Of a stretch of DNA of 64,000 bases, positions 10,064 through 20,558 are shown in pieces. How positions within the stretch are numbered: the first letter of the stretch is position 1; every line of letters starts with the position of its first letter. A model generated the notes under the pieces. It was not told the DNA's origin. It saw only the letters and a list, made by a program, of their open reading frames with translations, and ran no database searches. The position numbers and the translations under genes are program-made. Source of the stretch: a virus; IMG/VR virus record IMGVR_UViG_3300029955_000013, positions 19,901 through 83,900 of that record; one strand, given 5' to 3'.

Positions 10064-10777
10064 ATGAGCTTATATTCAGCGAAACAGATTAATAAAATAA
10101 TCACCGCGCCTATTAAAATAACAAACCTTTCGGTGGGCTCCGGTTCGCTGAGTGTGTCTGTCACCTCCGCCCTTACGTCCGCACTGGCTATAGCCGGAAA
10201 CAACGGTGTATCAGTGCCCGTGCAGGTAAGCACTGACGTGTTTACTACTGGCATCATCACGTCTTCGCCTCTCAACAAGGCCGAGGTATTCGATTCCACG
10301 AGCAAGGAGAAACTGTCTACTAATACGAACAATGAAGTGTACGGTAGAATAACCTACTCATCGGGCTACGTGCTTAGTTTCTATTACCTCGACAGTTCTG
10401 GCATAGAGCAGACTTACACGTTTTCCGCCACGCAGAACGTTGATTTCGATTTCGTCTACAGGTTTACTTTCGCGACGCTACCGACAGATGCACTGGTCTC
10501 TTCCGTTTCGAGAAACATAAACCAGGATCCGGTCGGGGCGAGTTCTATACCAAAGACGGAATTGTTGACCGTGACGGCTCTAAATGTTGTGTCCAACCTC
10601 TCTCTGACACCTAACAACGCAGCCAATGTTACTCTTATCGTTAATGGGAAGACGGAGTTTGCTGTTGGGTCGGGCCCTTCGTTCGGCGTCGCCTCTACTA
10701 CGATAACTTGGAACTCATCCAACGCCGGGTACAATCTCGAGACGACGGATATTGTTTACGCACAATACTACATTTAA
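10064..10777 (+). CDS. putative virion structural protein
   Basis: Ser/Thr-rich; C-terminal L.VNG...D.V.A.Y module. Confidence 0.6.
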   Translation: MSLYSAKQINKIITAPIKITNLSVGSGSLSVSVTSALTSALAIAGNNGVSVPVQVSTDVFTTGIITSSPLNKAEVFDSTSKEKLSTNTNNEVYGRITYSSGYVLSFYYLDSSGIEQTYTFSATQNVDFDFVYRFTFATLPTDALVSSVSRNINQDPVGASSIPKTELLTVTALNVVSNLSLTPNNAANVTLIVNGKTEFAVGSGPSFGVASTTITWNSSNAGYNLETTDIVYAQYYI

Positions 10778-11124
10778 TGGCAGGATACAAGGCTAAACAG
10801 TTAGATATTAGTGACGTGTCCAATGGTATTGGAGCGGCTGTTCAAGATTCCCAAACGCTTAGGAATATGTACAACTACAGCCAGTATTCTGCTTACTTCT
10901 TGCAGTCGGCAGCACAGCTAACTGTGGGCCAGGTTAACGTGGATGTCATATATGGTGGTGGCACACCGGCATATTATTTTCTTTTCAGGAACGGCTTGAA
11001 ACTAATAGATACCGTGGATTTTACAGTCACCGTGGCGGATGGATTTAACAACCCGAGATTTGTATTAACAAACCCAATAAATAACAGCGGGACGGAAACG
11101 GTCGAGGCCATTCTGTTCACATAA
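10777..11124 (+). CDS. putative virion structural protein
   Basis: ATG overlaps previous stop; FRNGLKL...DF module. Confidence 0.6.
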   Translation: MAGYKAKQLDISDVSNGIGAAVQDSQTLRNMYNYSQYSAYFLQSAAQLTVGQVNVDVIYGGGTPAYYFLFRNGLKLIDTVDFTVTVADGFNNPRFVLTNPINNSGTETVEAILFT

Positions 11125-11134
11125 TAAACAATAA

Positions 11135-11683
11135 ATGTCTACAGCAAACCTATCTTGGGATCCAGCCAGTGGAGCGGTCGATTATAAAGTTGAGTATAAG
11201 CTAAGCTCCGATTCCTCATACACGTTGTTCAATGCTCACAATTCGACTACGTCTTGTGTAATCACAGGCTTGTCGGAGGGTAATTCCTATGACTTCAGGG
11301 TGACGACGAACTGTTCATCAGGAAGCGCGTCTGGGGTCGTATACACGGCATCAACACCTTGTCTCGACGTTACCGATTACGTAGCATCTTTCTCTGGCAC
11401 TACGGCCAATTTGCAGTGGGACAAAAAACCGACGGCAATATCTTACGCCATAAGTTACAAGCTGCACTCGGATTCGGTCTACACGACTGCATCCGGCTCG
11501 CCACTGTCAAACACAGGTGCGCCAGACCCGGTCCTTTTCTCGATAAGCGGGCTGACATCAGGCGCCGCCTATGACTTCATGGTCGTTGTAAACTGTATAG
11601 ACAGCGCATCATCTGCTGGAGAGGTTGTGTCCGCCACATCTACTTGTCCGAATGTTACTACCTTAACGGCTACTTTTTCTTAA
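11135..11683 (+). CDS. fibronectin type III domain protein (two FN3)
   Basis: LSW...Y.VEY...ITGL...YDFRV repeated. Confidence 0.85.
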   Translation: MSTANLSWDPASGAVDYKVEYKLSSDSSYTLFNAHNSTTSCVITGLSEGNSYDFRVTTNCSSGSASGVVYTASTPCLDVTDYVASFSGTTANLQWDKKPTAISYAISYKLHSDSVYTTASGSPLSNTGAPDPVLFSISGLTSGAAYDFMVVVNCIDSASSAGEVVSATSTCPNVTTLTATFS

Positions 11684-11700
11684 TAGCTAAATAAGAATAG

Positions 11701-11964
11701 ATGACAAAAGAAATGGTGAACCTTTACCTCAGGAAGACCATGGGTGTTCCCATAGAATTCAAAGCTGAAGAAGAGGTGCTTTACATAAAATTCGACTTCC
11801 TGCCTTATAGGGTGAGATCGTTCATACACGCCAAACCAGACTACGATCCATCTAAAATGAAGAAGATGGAGAGGGAGTGTGCTTGTGGGCAAGCTTATTT
11901 CTATGAGGCGGATAGCTTTTACAATTACTTAACAGATTACGAGGATCCAAAATTCACACCATAA
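11701..11964 (+). CDS. hypothetical protein
   Basis: 87-aa ORF between FN3 genes. Confidence 0.55.
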   Translation: MTKEMVNLYLRKTMGVPIEFKAEEEVLYIKFDFLPYRVRSFIHAKPDYDPSKMKKMERECACGQAYFYEADSFYNYLTDYEDPKFTP

Positions 11965-11967
11965 CAA

Positions 11968-13422
11968 ATGTCAACTGTAAACTTATCTTGGGACGCGGCA
12001 AGCGGAGCGGTAGGCTACCAGGTTGACTACCGGATAACCGGTGCTGGCGCCTGGACAAACTCCACTCCAAACGAGCCGAACACTACTTGGAGTATTTCAG
12101 GCCTAACTGACAATACGGATTACGACTTTAGGGTCATAACTATTTGTGCATCCGGTACTTCTACCGGAACGGTCATTGGCAGTGTCATAACGCCAAACTA
12201 CGTGTGGATAGAAGACACCTACGTCTGCGAGCAGGAAGAGGTGTTCGATCTGATTAACTATTGGACAGGCTTTAGTTCGCCGGCATATCTTTTTTATGAT
12301 AGCACGAGCGGCTTGATATATTGCATTGATGAGGATGACGCGACGAGTAACGTGTTTAGTTTCGACCCGGCCGTTCTATCTGCGATTAGCTCCCACTCCG
12401 GTGGATTCAGCAGCGTGACTCATAGGATAGGCCTGACGGATTATATATACGCCGCCAAAATTGATCCTGACAATAGAAGGCTTTATATGGTTGGTAAAAA
12501 TACCGGCGGCTTGGCTGTGTACGACATCAATTCGGATTCTTTTATTCTGCCCTCCTCAAATGCAAATCTCGCCTATGGTTGGGATGTGAACACACACACC
12601 TCAACCGGCAATGGGTTTAACAGATTAAGCTTGTCTTTGTTCAGCACCCAAATAATAGCATACGACGATTATTCTGTTACCTTAACGGTATTTGACAGGG
12701 TGTCGCTTACTAAGACGCTTGATAATGTTGCAATATCGACCATAACAGATGGCTCATCCTATATAGACGGCGGCACTCTGTATTTCGAGGTAAACGGAAA
12801 GGCATGGGTTTTGGTGAATGAATCTTCTGCGGCCGGTCATGATTACATCGCCATATACAACCTCGACTTCTCCGGGACCCCTTCGACTATTAACATCGGT
12901 GCATATAGAGCAGTTGCTTTTTACGGCTCTCAGTATTGGTGTTCTGGTTTTTTTGACAGCTATTACCAAAAGCTTTACATATTCGACTTCGGTTCTAACA
13001 TGATGTTTGTTGTTGATACCGACTCCACGTCTGGTACATACCAGACGGTTGTATACAGTTATACCTTTAACAACAGGCAGGGAAAAAGCAACATATCGTT
13101 TGGCATAATCCAGGACCCTATAACCGGAGAGCTATTTGTATCTGGCAATTACTCTGAAGGCAATCCTGGTGCGGACGGATCACCAATATCCGTTACGTAC
13201 AAAATACAGCGAGATCCGTCCGCACCGGACGCTTACAAAATACAGGAATTATATGCTAACACTGTTTTTTCCACATTGACCCAGGTTGGTGGTACGAACA
13301 CGCTTTTCGGCGCTGCACCAGGGGCACCAAAGTGGTCATACGCAACGAGCTGGGGAACAGTAGATACTGCCTCCTCATCGGTGTGGTCGACCGACGGTCA
13401 AATATCACAATATTCGAGATAA
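11968..13422 (+). CDS. FN3 plus beta-propeller-like virion protein
   Basis: N-terminal FN3; repeated D...RLY/KLY blade motifs. Confidence 0.7.
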   Translation: MSTVNLSWDAASGAVGYQVDYRITGAGAWTNSTPNEPNTTWSISGLTDNTDYDFRVITICASGTSTGTVIGSVITPNYVWIEDTYVCEQEEVFDLINYWTGFSSPAYLFYDSTSGLIYCIDEDDATSNVFSFDPAVLSAISSHSGGFSSVTHRIGLTDYIYAAKIDPDNRRLYMVGKNTGGLAVYDINSDSFILPSSNANLAYGWDVNTHTSTGNGFNRLSLSLFSTQIIAYDDYSVTLTVFDRVSLTKTLDNVAISTITDGSSYIDGGTLYFEVNGKAWVLVNESSAAGHDYIAIYNLDFSGTPSTINIGAYRAVAFYGSQYWCSGFFDSYYQKLYIFDFGSNMMFVVDTDSTSGTYQTVVYSYTFNNRQGKSNISFGIIQDPITGELFVSGNYSEGNPGADGSPISVTYKIQRDPSAPDAYKIQELYANTVFSTLTQVGGTNTLFGAAPGAPKWSYATSWGTVDTASSSVWSTDGQISQYSR

Positions 13423-13865
13423 TGGCAAACACAGGAAATAAAATAGTCTTATTGCTTAAGCAGGTCGACAGTAATCACGGGGACACGCCTACCGGACTAA
13501 CGGAGGCGAACACGGTAGACGTCGCGGGTAGCGATTATATCCCGCCGTACCAGAACCTGACCGAGTGCCCTCTGTCATCGCCAACTACCGATTGCCCTAT
13601 TCCTGTGTATGTGACGAATACGTCGAGCACTACCGTGTTCAATTTTGAGTTCTCACTCAACAGCACGACGTTTACAAACTCTAATATAGCGAAGATAACC
13701 GCTACGATAACCGCATCAGGTCACCCTACATACTCGGTTGACTTTACAATGCCTATGACGAACAACTACTTTTCGGGTTCGTTTACCGGGCTGTCTAACG
13801 CGAGTCTGTACACTCTCGTATTGACATATTACGACGCGAGCAACACACTACTACAAACATGCTAA
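13422..13865 (+). CDS. putative virion structural protein
   Basis: ATG 13422 overlaps previous stop; Thr/Ser-rich. Confidence 0.6.
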   Translation: MANTGNKIVLLLKQVDSNHGDTPTGLTEANTVDVAGSDYIPPYQNLTECPLSSPTTDCPIPVYVTNTSSTTVFNFEFSLNSTTFTNSNIAKITATITASGHPTYSVDFTMPMTNNYFSGSFTGLSNASLYTLVLTYYDASNTLLQTC

Positions 13866-13991
13866 TGAAACAAGCATTAATAAAGTTATTTATAAGGACC
13901 GTAAACCTTATATTTAAGTCCAACCTTTTCTACTTGTACTCTGACGATAACTTCAAGGAGTTAAGGTACAAACACAAAACTGAAGTTGGTA

Positions 13992-14186
13992 ATGGATAAA
14001 GATATTAATACTGAGTTGGCGGAAGTGTTCGACGAGTTACAGAGCAGTAAATCATTCATAATAAATACCGTGAAGTGTTTTGACGGCAACACGGCTTACA
14101 TAGGTATGCAATTAGGGCTTCTGTTGTGCCAACTGACGGATCTCCAGAATAAAATTAAGTCTATAGTAAAAAAGGACGATGAGTAA
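13992..14186 (+). CDS. hypothetical protein
   Basis: Short ORF overlapping glycosyltransferase start. Confidence 0.5.
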   Translation: MDKDINTELAEVFDELQSSKSFIINTVKCFDGNTAYIGMQLGLLLCQLTDLQNKIKSIVKKDDE

Positions 14187-15267
14187 AACAAGCATGCACT
14201 TCGTATCAGAGATGGCTGGATCCATAGGAGAAGTAACCGGTGATCTGTCCGAGTGTTTCGAAAAGGAATTCGAGCTTACAAAAGAATGGGAAAAACAGCA
14301 GCCTTCGAATAAAGAACTGCTGTTTTGTCATTTTATACAGCCAGAGTTTGTCAAGAGCGAAGACTTCCAAGGCTATGACGTCAAAGTGATCATTCAGCCG
14401 ATCGACGGCACCTCAATAAAGGATGATGTGGTAGACATGCTCAACATGTTCGACCTGATAATCACACCAGGCACCGCAGGTAGGTCCATAATGCTCCAGA
14501 ACGGAGTTTTAAAGCCCATTGTGGTCATACCAAACTTTTTTAAGCCTAACATACTGCGTGCGGAAACAAGCCAAGAATTCAAGTCCTATGTCGACCGTGA
14601 GGTAGGCGATAGAACCGTCATATACCACGAGTCGACGTTTCACCCAAGAAAGGGGATAGAAATACTTTACGAGTCTTACATAAAGGCGTTTTCAGACAAG
14701 GTGTATACCAAAGACGTCGTACTGCTGCTCAAAGACTCCAAGCTAAGCCCTGGGACGATTCTAAACAACGAGAGCATGAAGATGAATGCGGTGAGACTAC
14801 AGAGGAAGTACAAACACCCGGCGAAGATATTGAAGATTTCCTGCAACCTGGAAGAAGACGAGCTCGCATACCTGTGGGACCGGTGCGATATATACGCCTC
14901 CTTCTCGAAGATGGAGGGGTTTGGCATCCCGTTGATGAGGATGATGGTGATGGGAAAACCCATTATAACGCTCAATAGCGAAAATAACGGATATATGGAT
15001 TATTTAAACAATGATAACGCGATACTCGTCCCAACAAAAGACGTCGTTGCGAAGGAGGAGTTCATGTGGCTTTACAAGGAAGACACCAAGTGGTCCGTCC
15101 CGAACATAGACGATTGCGTATCAGGATTCGAAAAAATCTATAGTTCTTTAAAGGAAGTAGACTACATAAAAACAAGTAAGGAAGTTTATAGATTCAGCTT
15201 CGAGAATGTTTGCAATATGTACGTCAGCACATTGAAAAGTCTTATAAAATCAAAAAAAATTAAATGA
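14179..15267 (+). CDS. GT-B glycosyltransferase (GT4/Glycos_transf_1)
   Basis: HPRKGIEIL, EGFGIPL, GKPII motifs. Confidence 0.85.
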   Translation: MSKTSMHFVSEMAGSIGEVTGDLSECFEKEFELTKEWEKQQPSNKELLFCHFIQPEFVKSEDFQGYDVKVIIQPIDGTSIKDDVVDMLNMFDLIITPGTAGRSIMLQNGVLKPIVVIPNFFKPNILRAETSQEFKSYVDREVGDRTVIYHESTFHPRKGIEILYESYIKAFSDKVYTKDVVLLLKDSKLSPGTILNNESMKMNAVRLQRKYKHPAKILKISCNLEEDELAYLWDRCDIYASFSKMEGFGIPLMRMMVMGKPIITLNSENNGYMDYLNNDNAILVPTKDVVAKEEFMWLYKEDTKWSVPNIDDCVSGFEKIYSSLKEVDYIKTSKEVYRFSFENVCNMYVSTLKSLIKSKKIK

Positions 15268-15899
15268 GCGAAAAGTTTTTTGCGGAGAAGTTGAAGTATT
15301 CTTCGGAATTCGGCGTTAGGTTCGACAGCAGGGTTATACATGTGTTCGGTGAGCTCACAGAGGACATAGGCTCGATACTCAGGATAAAGTATGAACTAAT
15401 AAAACAGTGGTGGAAAGTAGTAGAGAACAAAGATTTTAACGACATAACGCTCGACATATCGAGCTGCGGCGGCTCGATATATTCTATATCGGCCGCGCTT
15501 GATTTTTACGACGAGCTGAAGAGGGAGGACGGTGTAATAGTTAACACTAAAGCGCAGGGTATATGCATGAGCGCGGCCACTATATTGCTCGCCGGCGGAA
15601 CGGGTGTGAGGTCCGCTACAAAGAGGTGTAAGTTCATGTTACACGACATGCAGATTGAGGGTGTCGGCGGCACAGCGAATCAGGTACAGAACACTGTAAA
15701 AAACATATCTGACGAGCAGCTCGAGTTGTTTGCGCTGTACGCTCACTACTCGCGAAAGGGCCAAGAGGACCTTTCCGAAAAGGAACTCGTAAAAGAGGCG
15801 AAGAAATGGCTCAAGCAGTACACCAAAGACGGGTTCGATCATTACGTCAGCGCGGAGGAAGTACTCGGTCTGAATCTTATAGATAAGATTTTAGTTTAA
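15264..15899 (+). CDS. clpP: ClpP-like serine protease
   Basis: ISSCGGS, GICMSAAT (catalytic Ser), FMLH (His), AEE...LNLIDKI. Confidence 0.85.
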   Translation: MSEKFFAEKLKYSSEFGVRFDSRVIHVFGELTEDIGSILRIKYELIKQWWKVVENKDFNDITLDISSCGGSIYSISAALDFYDELKREDGVIVNTKAQGICMSAATILLAGGTGVRSATKRCKFMLHDMQIEGVGGTANQVQNTVKNISDEQLELFALYAHYSRKGQEDLSEKELVKEAKKWLKQYTKDGFDHYVSAEEVLGLNLIDKILV

Positions 15900-15925
15900 T
15901 ATAACTATGTATCATATTTGTATTT

Positions 15926-16471
15926 ATGGAGAAAGAAAAAATGTCTAACAAAAAAGAATCGGTATTCGAAAACATACCAGAAAGAACAATAGCGCCGGAA
16001 ATGAAGGCACCCATACAACAGGGTGCCTTCGCTGGCGCAGAACTCGAGGTTGTCAACAAGCAGAATAAAATATATTCCATCATGTCCGGCAAGGATGAAG
16101 GCGAGTATTACTCGTTCAACCTGCCAACGTTCGCCGACGGCGAGCTAATAGTGCACGAATACTTCAAAAAGGGTGTCATATCTCAGAAGATACTTAACGA
16201 GAACATAGAGGAGTACTATTGCGACTGGCCAGATGACGAGGACATGAAAATGAGTCTCGACTTCGGCATATTCATGCAGGCATACGAGATCGACAGTATA
16301 TATTGGCTAAACAACACGGTCGTGACGGCGAATCAGAGTCTGCAAGCGAAGGTTATAGAGAAGTACCAAGCGATCGTCCCCAATCTGATTCAGAGGATAA
16401 CAAACCTCGAGAGCCAGCCGGCACACAATAACGTAAAACAAAGGCAGCAGAGCAACCTAATAGAACTTTAA
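15926..16471 (+). CDS. hypothetical protein
   Basis: 181-aa ORF in operon. Confidence 0.65.
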   Translation: MEKEKMSNKKESVFENIPERTIAPEMKAPIQQGAFAGAELEVVNKQNKIYSIMSGKDEGEYYSFNLPTFADGELIVHEYFKKGVISQKILNENIEEYYCDWPDDEDMKMSLDFGIFMQAYEIDSIYWLNNTVVTANQSLQAKVIEKYQAIVPNLIQRITNLESQPAHNNVKQRQQSNLIEL

Positions 16472-16689
16472 TGACTCGTGAAACGGAGATAGAGAAGATA
16501 CTTGATATATGCGAGCTGCTCGCAGAAGTGTGCGCGATGATACCTGACAACCCTGGCGTAACACTGCTTGCGGAGGTGGAGGCGAAAATAGCCGCGATGC
16601 GATTGGTCGAGCTTACTGTGATAGCCAGGCAGGACCTTGCCGCTCTTGATTCTAATCAGATCATAAAGAAAATAAACGATATAAAATGA
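16471..16689 (+). CDS. hypothetical protein
   Basis: Coupled ORF. Confidence 0.55.
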   Translation: MTRETEIEKILDICELLAEVCAMIPDNPGVTLLAEVEAKIAAMRLVELTVIARQDLAALDSNQIIKKINDIK

Positions 16690-17048
16690 TAATGATAAAA
16701 CAAAAGGCAAAGAAGAAGAAGATGCTGGATTATTTTGTATCGTTTAGGAAGAAACAAAATTTTATGGAGACTGACGATTCGTCAATATATTCCATAATAC
16801 CTATAGGTACGGCGCTTAAGTTTAACGTGCTAATAAAGGACTTCTTGCTTCACTCACTTCTTGTCAAGAAGAGGAAATTCTACGAGGATATTGAATTTAT
16901 AACTACTAAGAAAGAGCTTATTGAAATAATAACTAAGGTGCTTGATCTGGAGCTCGTAAAGGAGCCTGGTAAGAGCGAGATGAGCGACGATGCAATCAAC
17001 GAACTCGTCGCGGCGCATACAAGATTAACTAAGAAAAAAGCTAAGTAA
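16686..17048 (+). CDS. hypothetical protein
   Basis: Coupled ORF. Confidence 0.6.
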   Translation: MIMIKQKAKKKKMLDYFVSFRKKQNFMETDDSSIYSIIPIGTALKFNVLIKDFLLHSLLVKKRKFYEDIEFITTKKELIEIITKVLDLELVKEPGKSEMSDDAINELVAAHTRLTKKKAK

Positions 17049-17503
17049 TGGTGAACCAGTATATGTTTGAGGTGGTAGACCAGGTTATCATATTCTCACA
17101 GCAGTTTGCGGCCGAGATAAGGCGGGAAGCGGATGGTCTCGCCAAGTATTACAACAACAACAGGAGCGGTCTTATAGACTCTATGCTGGAGATAAAGAGC
17201 GTCGACGACCAAGACGACTACTACACCAACTACTTTCAGGATGCCGCCGGTAAGGTCATAGAGAACATTGGCAATAATAAATTCAGCTTCAAGGATGAAT
17301 ACCTCATAGACAGCTACGATAAGATACTAAAGCAGATAAACAAAATACCGATAGCCCACAGGCTCGAGAACCCGGTCGTGAAGGTTTTCTTCTACGACCT
17401 GCTCGAGAGCCCAGCAGAGGACACAAACCTGAAGATAATATTGTCCTCTATGTCAATACAGTGGGTCATGTTCCTCGACTTCTATCAAAGGAAGCTTAAT
17501 TAG
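17048..17503 (+). CDS. hypothetical protein
   Basis: Coupled ORF. Confidence 0.6.
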   Translation: MVNQYMFEVVDQVIIFSQQFAAEIRREADGLAKYYNNNRSGLIDSMLEIKSVDDQDDYYTNYFQDAAGKVIENIGNNKFSFKDEYLIDSYDKILKQINKIPIAHRLENPVVKVFFYDLLESPAEDTNLKIILSSMSIQWVMFLDFYQRKLN

Positions 17504-17523
17504 TTGTCGCCACAATTATAATC

Positions 17524-20250
17524 TTAGAAGGCTGGCTGGAAATCATTGTAATCGCTAATCGGTTGAGCGATGTTTGTGTTTGCGTTTTCTTGCGCATAGT
17601 ATGCTGCCTTCTTCTGGCTGTTCAGCAGTGAATTGTAATCTTCTGTACCTATTGATTTCACGCAGCTTATTTCGGAAATAAATTTTCCATCTTCACTTAG
17701 TATGTGTTTAACCGTAGAGATCACATACTGTCCGTCGAATAATCCGGTCCCTTTCATAAAGGCAGGATCCCCAACACTCAGCCAAGGGTGGGCAATTGCT
17801 TTTATGTCAGCGTTTCTAAGAGTAGTTAAATAATAATTCTGTTCTGTTCTTTTCTGTTCGAACGTTATAGCGCCTGTAGTCGGCACATCCGGCGGGTTAA
17901 TCACGTCTTTGTTTATGTTGTTCGCCGCGTTCTGCGCGCCCTGTATCCCTGGACCAGTAGGAGTCGGATTGCCTTTTATTTTTATATCCTCCACAAGCGA
18001 CCCCATAAATCTGAATGAAAACACATCGTCCGGTATGACGAGCCTGTTGGTGCCGGTGACACCTATAAACTGTGTTTGTGAAGTGGATAATATGCTGCTT
18101 TGTTTTATAACGGATTCGTCTGTTAGCTGGACAGGGTCGTCCCATATAATAAAGAACCTTCCGTTAGGATTTGCCAGGTCAGAGTCGCCAGGCCCGCTTA
18201 CTGTCATGTGGTTGTTAGACAACACTGTTTGCACCCAAGTCAACAGAAGTGTGTCGCTGTTTTTGGCATTTATGTTAGTTGTCAAAAACTTCACATCATC
18301 GCCAGTTATATTTATGTGTATGTCGTGCGGCGGCGTTGTTATATTTTGGTGGTTCACCCTCCTAACCTGTAACCACGACGAATCATAAACAGCTGTCGGC
18401 CTTTGATTGTGAGCATAACTCGTATTGATGCCATTAGGATTAGTGTAGGCAGATGAATTTGGATTTATAGCGTTGTTAGAGTACTGACTATAGTTTTGGT
18501 CTTGCTTTAAAAATGCAAAGTTATCGTTTAGGAATGCACTTATAAAGTCGAGCAAGTTTGTAGTCAGACCGTTTTTATCATTTGCAAGCTTATGCATGTT
18601 CATTGCAAGATTTATAGGGCAGAAGCAGTTTGCAAAAGTATTATTGTAACGATAGTGGACGTCTGCGCTAAGCGATCCATCTTGTGAATTAACCGTTATG
18701 TCTGAAGACAGTATAGAAATCAATCCATAGTGTTCTATAGTCAATTGCCTATCTATCTGAAAGACGGCTATGTCGTCAACAGTTTTAATCGTATACCCGG
18801 GGTACCAAAGCGAGTTTATGGAATTTGACTGCGTAAGCGATATTGTATAATCGTTAGCCGCCGCCTTGTTCATTATGTCTTGCTTCAAGGTGCCATTGTC
18901 AAAAAGTATCCAGCCAGGGTGATTCCAGAACTTATAGGCAGAGCTGTTTATGTCCTTATCATCCTTCGGTATCCTTAGCTGCCATCCGTACCTGAAATAG
19001 AAATCGCCGGCCTGCTTCGGCGGGTTTATAAGGAAAGACCACGGTGAAGCTATGTCAAAGAATTTGTTTCCCTGTACGTCAAGAAGTTTTAGGGTTATTA
19101 AAGAGAGGCCCTTGCCGAGCTGCAAGCCGGCTTGTACCTCTATCGACTTAAAGCCAATAGCTCCAGCTTTAGATGTAGAGCCGACGTTTGCCGAAGGGCT
19201 CATGACCAAGCTGCCTAAAATTCTATAGCCGAACCCTCTGCCTGTTGACGTGCTCTTTAATGCCGTGTTCGCGGCGTTGTCCATGTATAACCCGGTAGAG
19301 TAATCTTGAAACGGGTCGAGCGTCATTAAATCTATGCCGCCGTTAGCCTGTATACCACTACTTCCGTCAGCGCCTATCAAAGAAGTCCTCATTGCATTAA
19401 ACCTGCTAATGTCATTTGTATTTAGATCTGTTTCAAGAGCACTCATCCCGGCGTTAGACGCCTGTGGCTGGTCTATGAAAAACACAGGTATCAACTCCAC
19501 AAACGGTATAAACGATTGCGGGTAATACCTTGACGCAAGATACATTATGAACTGCCTCAAACCAATCCAGTCAGAACTTTCGCCCTTATCGGACCGCGAG
19601 CCCCATGTAACATAAGAATTATCGTTCTCTATGTTACTAATGTTTGCATTGAGGTTTGCCAGTTCGTTTAACAACGACAAGTCGTTCGGTGGAGCAATCG
19701 AAGGCGCACTGTAAGGTTTTAAGAAATCTGAAGCATAGTTTACATTCGTTACATCCGATGCAGTGTTAGATAACGGTCCCAGCCCTTTATTCCTGTAATA
19801 GTTAGAACTTACACCACTCAAGTAGTCGGCAGTCTTCCCTGCCACATCTTCCCCAGGTGTGCCATTCAAGAAATAAGAATTCTTAGCGAGTGCGTTTACA
19901 TAACTTGTCGGATCTGTAACGGTAGAAAAATCCGAGTAATGGCGATTCAAGTATCTACCTATTTCCGCCCCTGAGTCAGTAACGTTCGGATAAGCGGCAT
20001 AATAACCGCCACCAGGCTGCGGCCGCCCTTGTGTTATACCGCCAGTCGTCTGACCCACATAGTTATAACCGAACACGTTGTTATCACTCGAGGTGGCCTC
20101 TATCGAATTCCAGTTCTGTCCGCTCTCTTGCTGCGATTGTGCCACGGCAAGGTTAGCGAGCAGGGTCGCCTGATCTGTTGTGTATGGTCCGAATGGCGGC
20201 GCTAATTGTGAATATACGCCATTGTATATCTGATTACCGTAGTCTGGCAT
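17524..20250 (-). CDS. baseplate hub-like protein with N-terminal glucosaminidase/lysozyme-like domain
   Basis: N-term QESG...NNVFG...YAAY; C-term GLFDGQYVISTVKH...F.SEI. Confidence 0.6.
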   Translation of the reverse strand: MPDYGNQIYNGVYSQLAPPFGPYTTDQATLLANLAVAQSQQESGQNWNSIEATSSDNNVFGYNYVGQTTGGITQGRPQPGGGYYAAYPNVTDSGAEIGRYLNRHYSDFSTVTDPTSYVNALAKNSYFLNGTPGEDVAGKTADYLSGVSSNYYRNKGLGPLSNTASDVTNVNYASDFLKPYSAPSIAPPNDLSLLNELANLNANISNIENDNSYVTWGSRSDKGESSDWIGLRQFIMYLASRYYPQSFIPFVELIPVFFIDQPQASNAGMSALETDLNTNDISRFNAMRTSLIGADGSSGIQANGGIDLMTLDPFQDYSTGLYMDNAANTALKSTSTGRGFGYRILGSLVMSPSANVGSTSKAGAIGFKSIEVQAGLQLGKGLSLITLKLLDVQGNKFFDIASPWSFLINPPKQAGDFYFRYGWQLRIPKDDKDINSSAYKFWNHPGWILFDNGTLKQDIMNKAAANDYTISLTQSNSINSLWYPGYTIKTVDDIAVFQIDRQLTIEHYGLISILSSDITVNSQDGSLSADVHYRYNNTFANCFCPINLAMNMHKLANDKNGLTTNLLDFISAFLNDNFAFLKQDQNYSQYSNNAINPNSSAYTNPNGINTSYAHNQRPTAVYDSSWLQVRRVNHQNITTPPHDIHINITGDDVKFLTTNINAKNSDTLLLTWVQTVLSNNHMTVSGPGDSDLANPNGRFFIIWDDPVQLTDESVIKQSSILSTSQTQFIGVTGTNRLVIPDDVFSFRFMGSLVEDIKIKGNPTPTGPGIQGAQNAANNINKDVINPPDVPTTGAITFEQKRTEQNYYLTTLRNADIKAIAHPWLSVGDPAFMKGTGLFDGQYVISTVKHILSEDGKFISEISCVKSIGTEDYNSLLNSQKKAAYYAQENANTNIAQPISDYNDFQPAF

Positions 20251-20255
20251 TCCTG

Positions 20256-20528
20256 TTATATGTCTTTATTGATTAACCATGTCGATGTCACTCTCGTTAG
20301 AGGGTACGGTATCCTTAAAACTGCGTTTATCGGTACCTCGAACTCGTTGTCGAACTGAGGGTTGCCGTACATTATTATCCACGACAAACCAGGGTCGAGG
20401 TAATACACATTAGCAAGATTATCAAGCCTCTCGCCCATCTTGAGCGTATGAAATAGGTCCGTGTTCGCCGGCAATATCTGCCTGATCGGCTGCGGCACGT
20501 CTGTACTTAAGTCATATCTATTAATCAT
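20256..20528 (-). CDS. LysM/tail-X-like baseplate protein
   Basis: GERLDNLANVYY.D..L.WII...NP...LRIP. Confidence 0.8.
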   Translation of the reverse strand: MINRYDLSTDVPQPIRQILPANTDLFHTLKMGERLDNLANVYYLDPGLSWIIMYGNPQFDNEFEVPINAVLRIPYPLTRVTSTWLINKDI

Positions 20529-20558
20529 TGTTGTTAAGATTAAAAATACGTAAAAAAA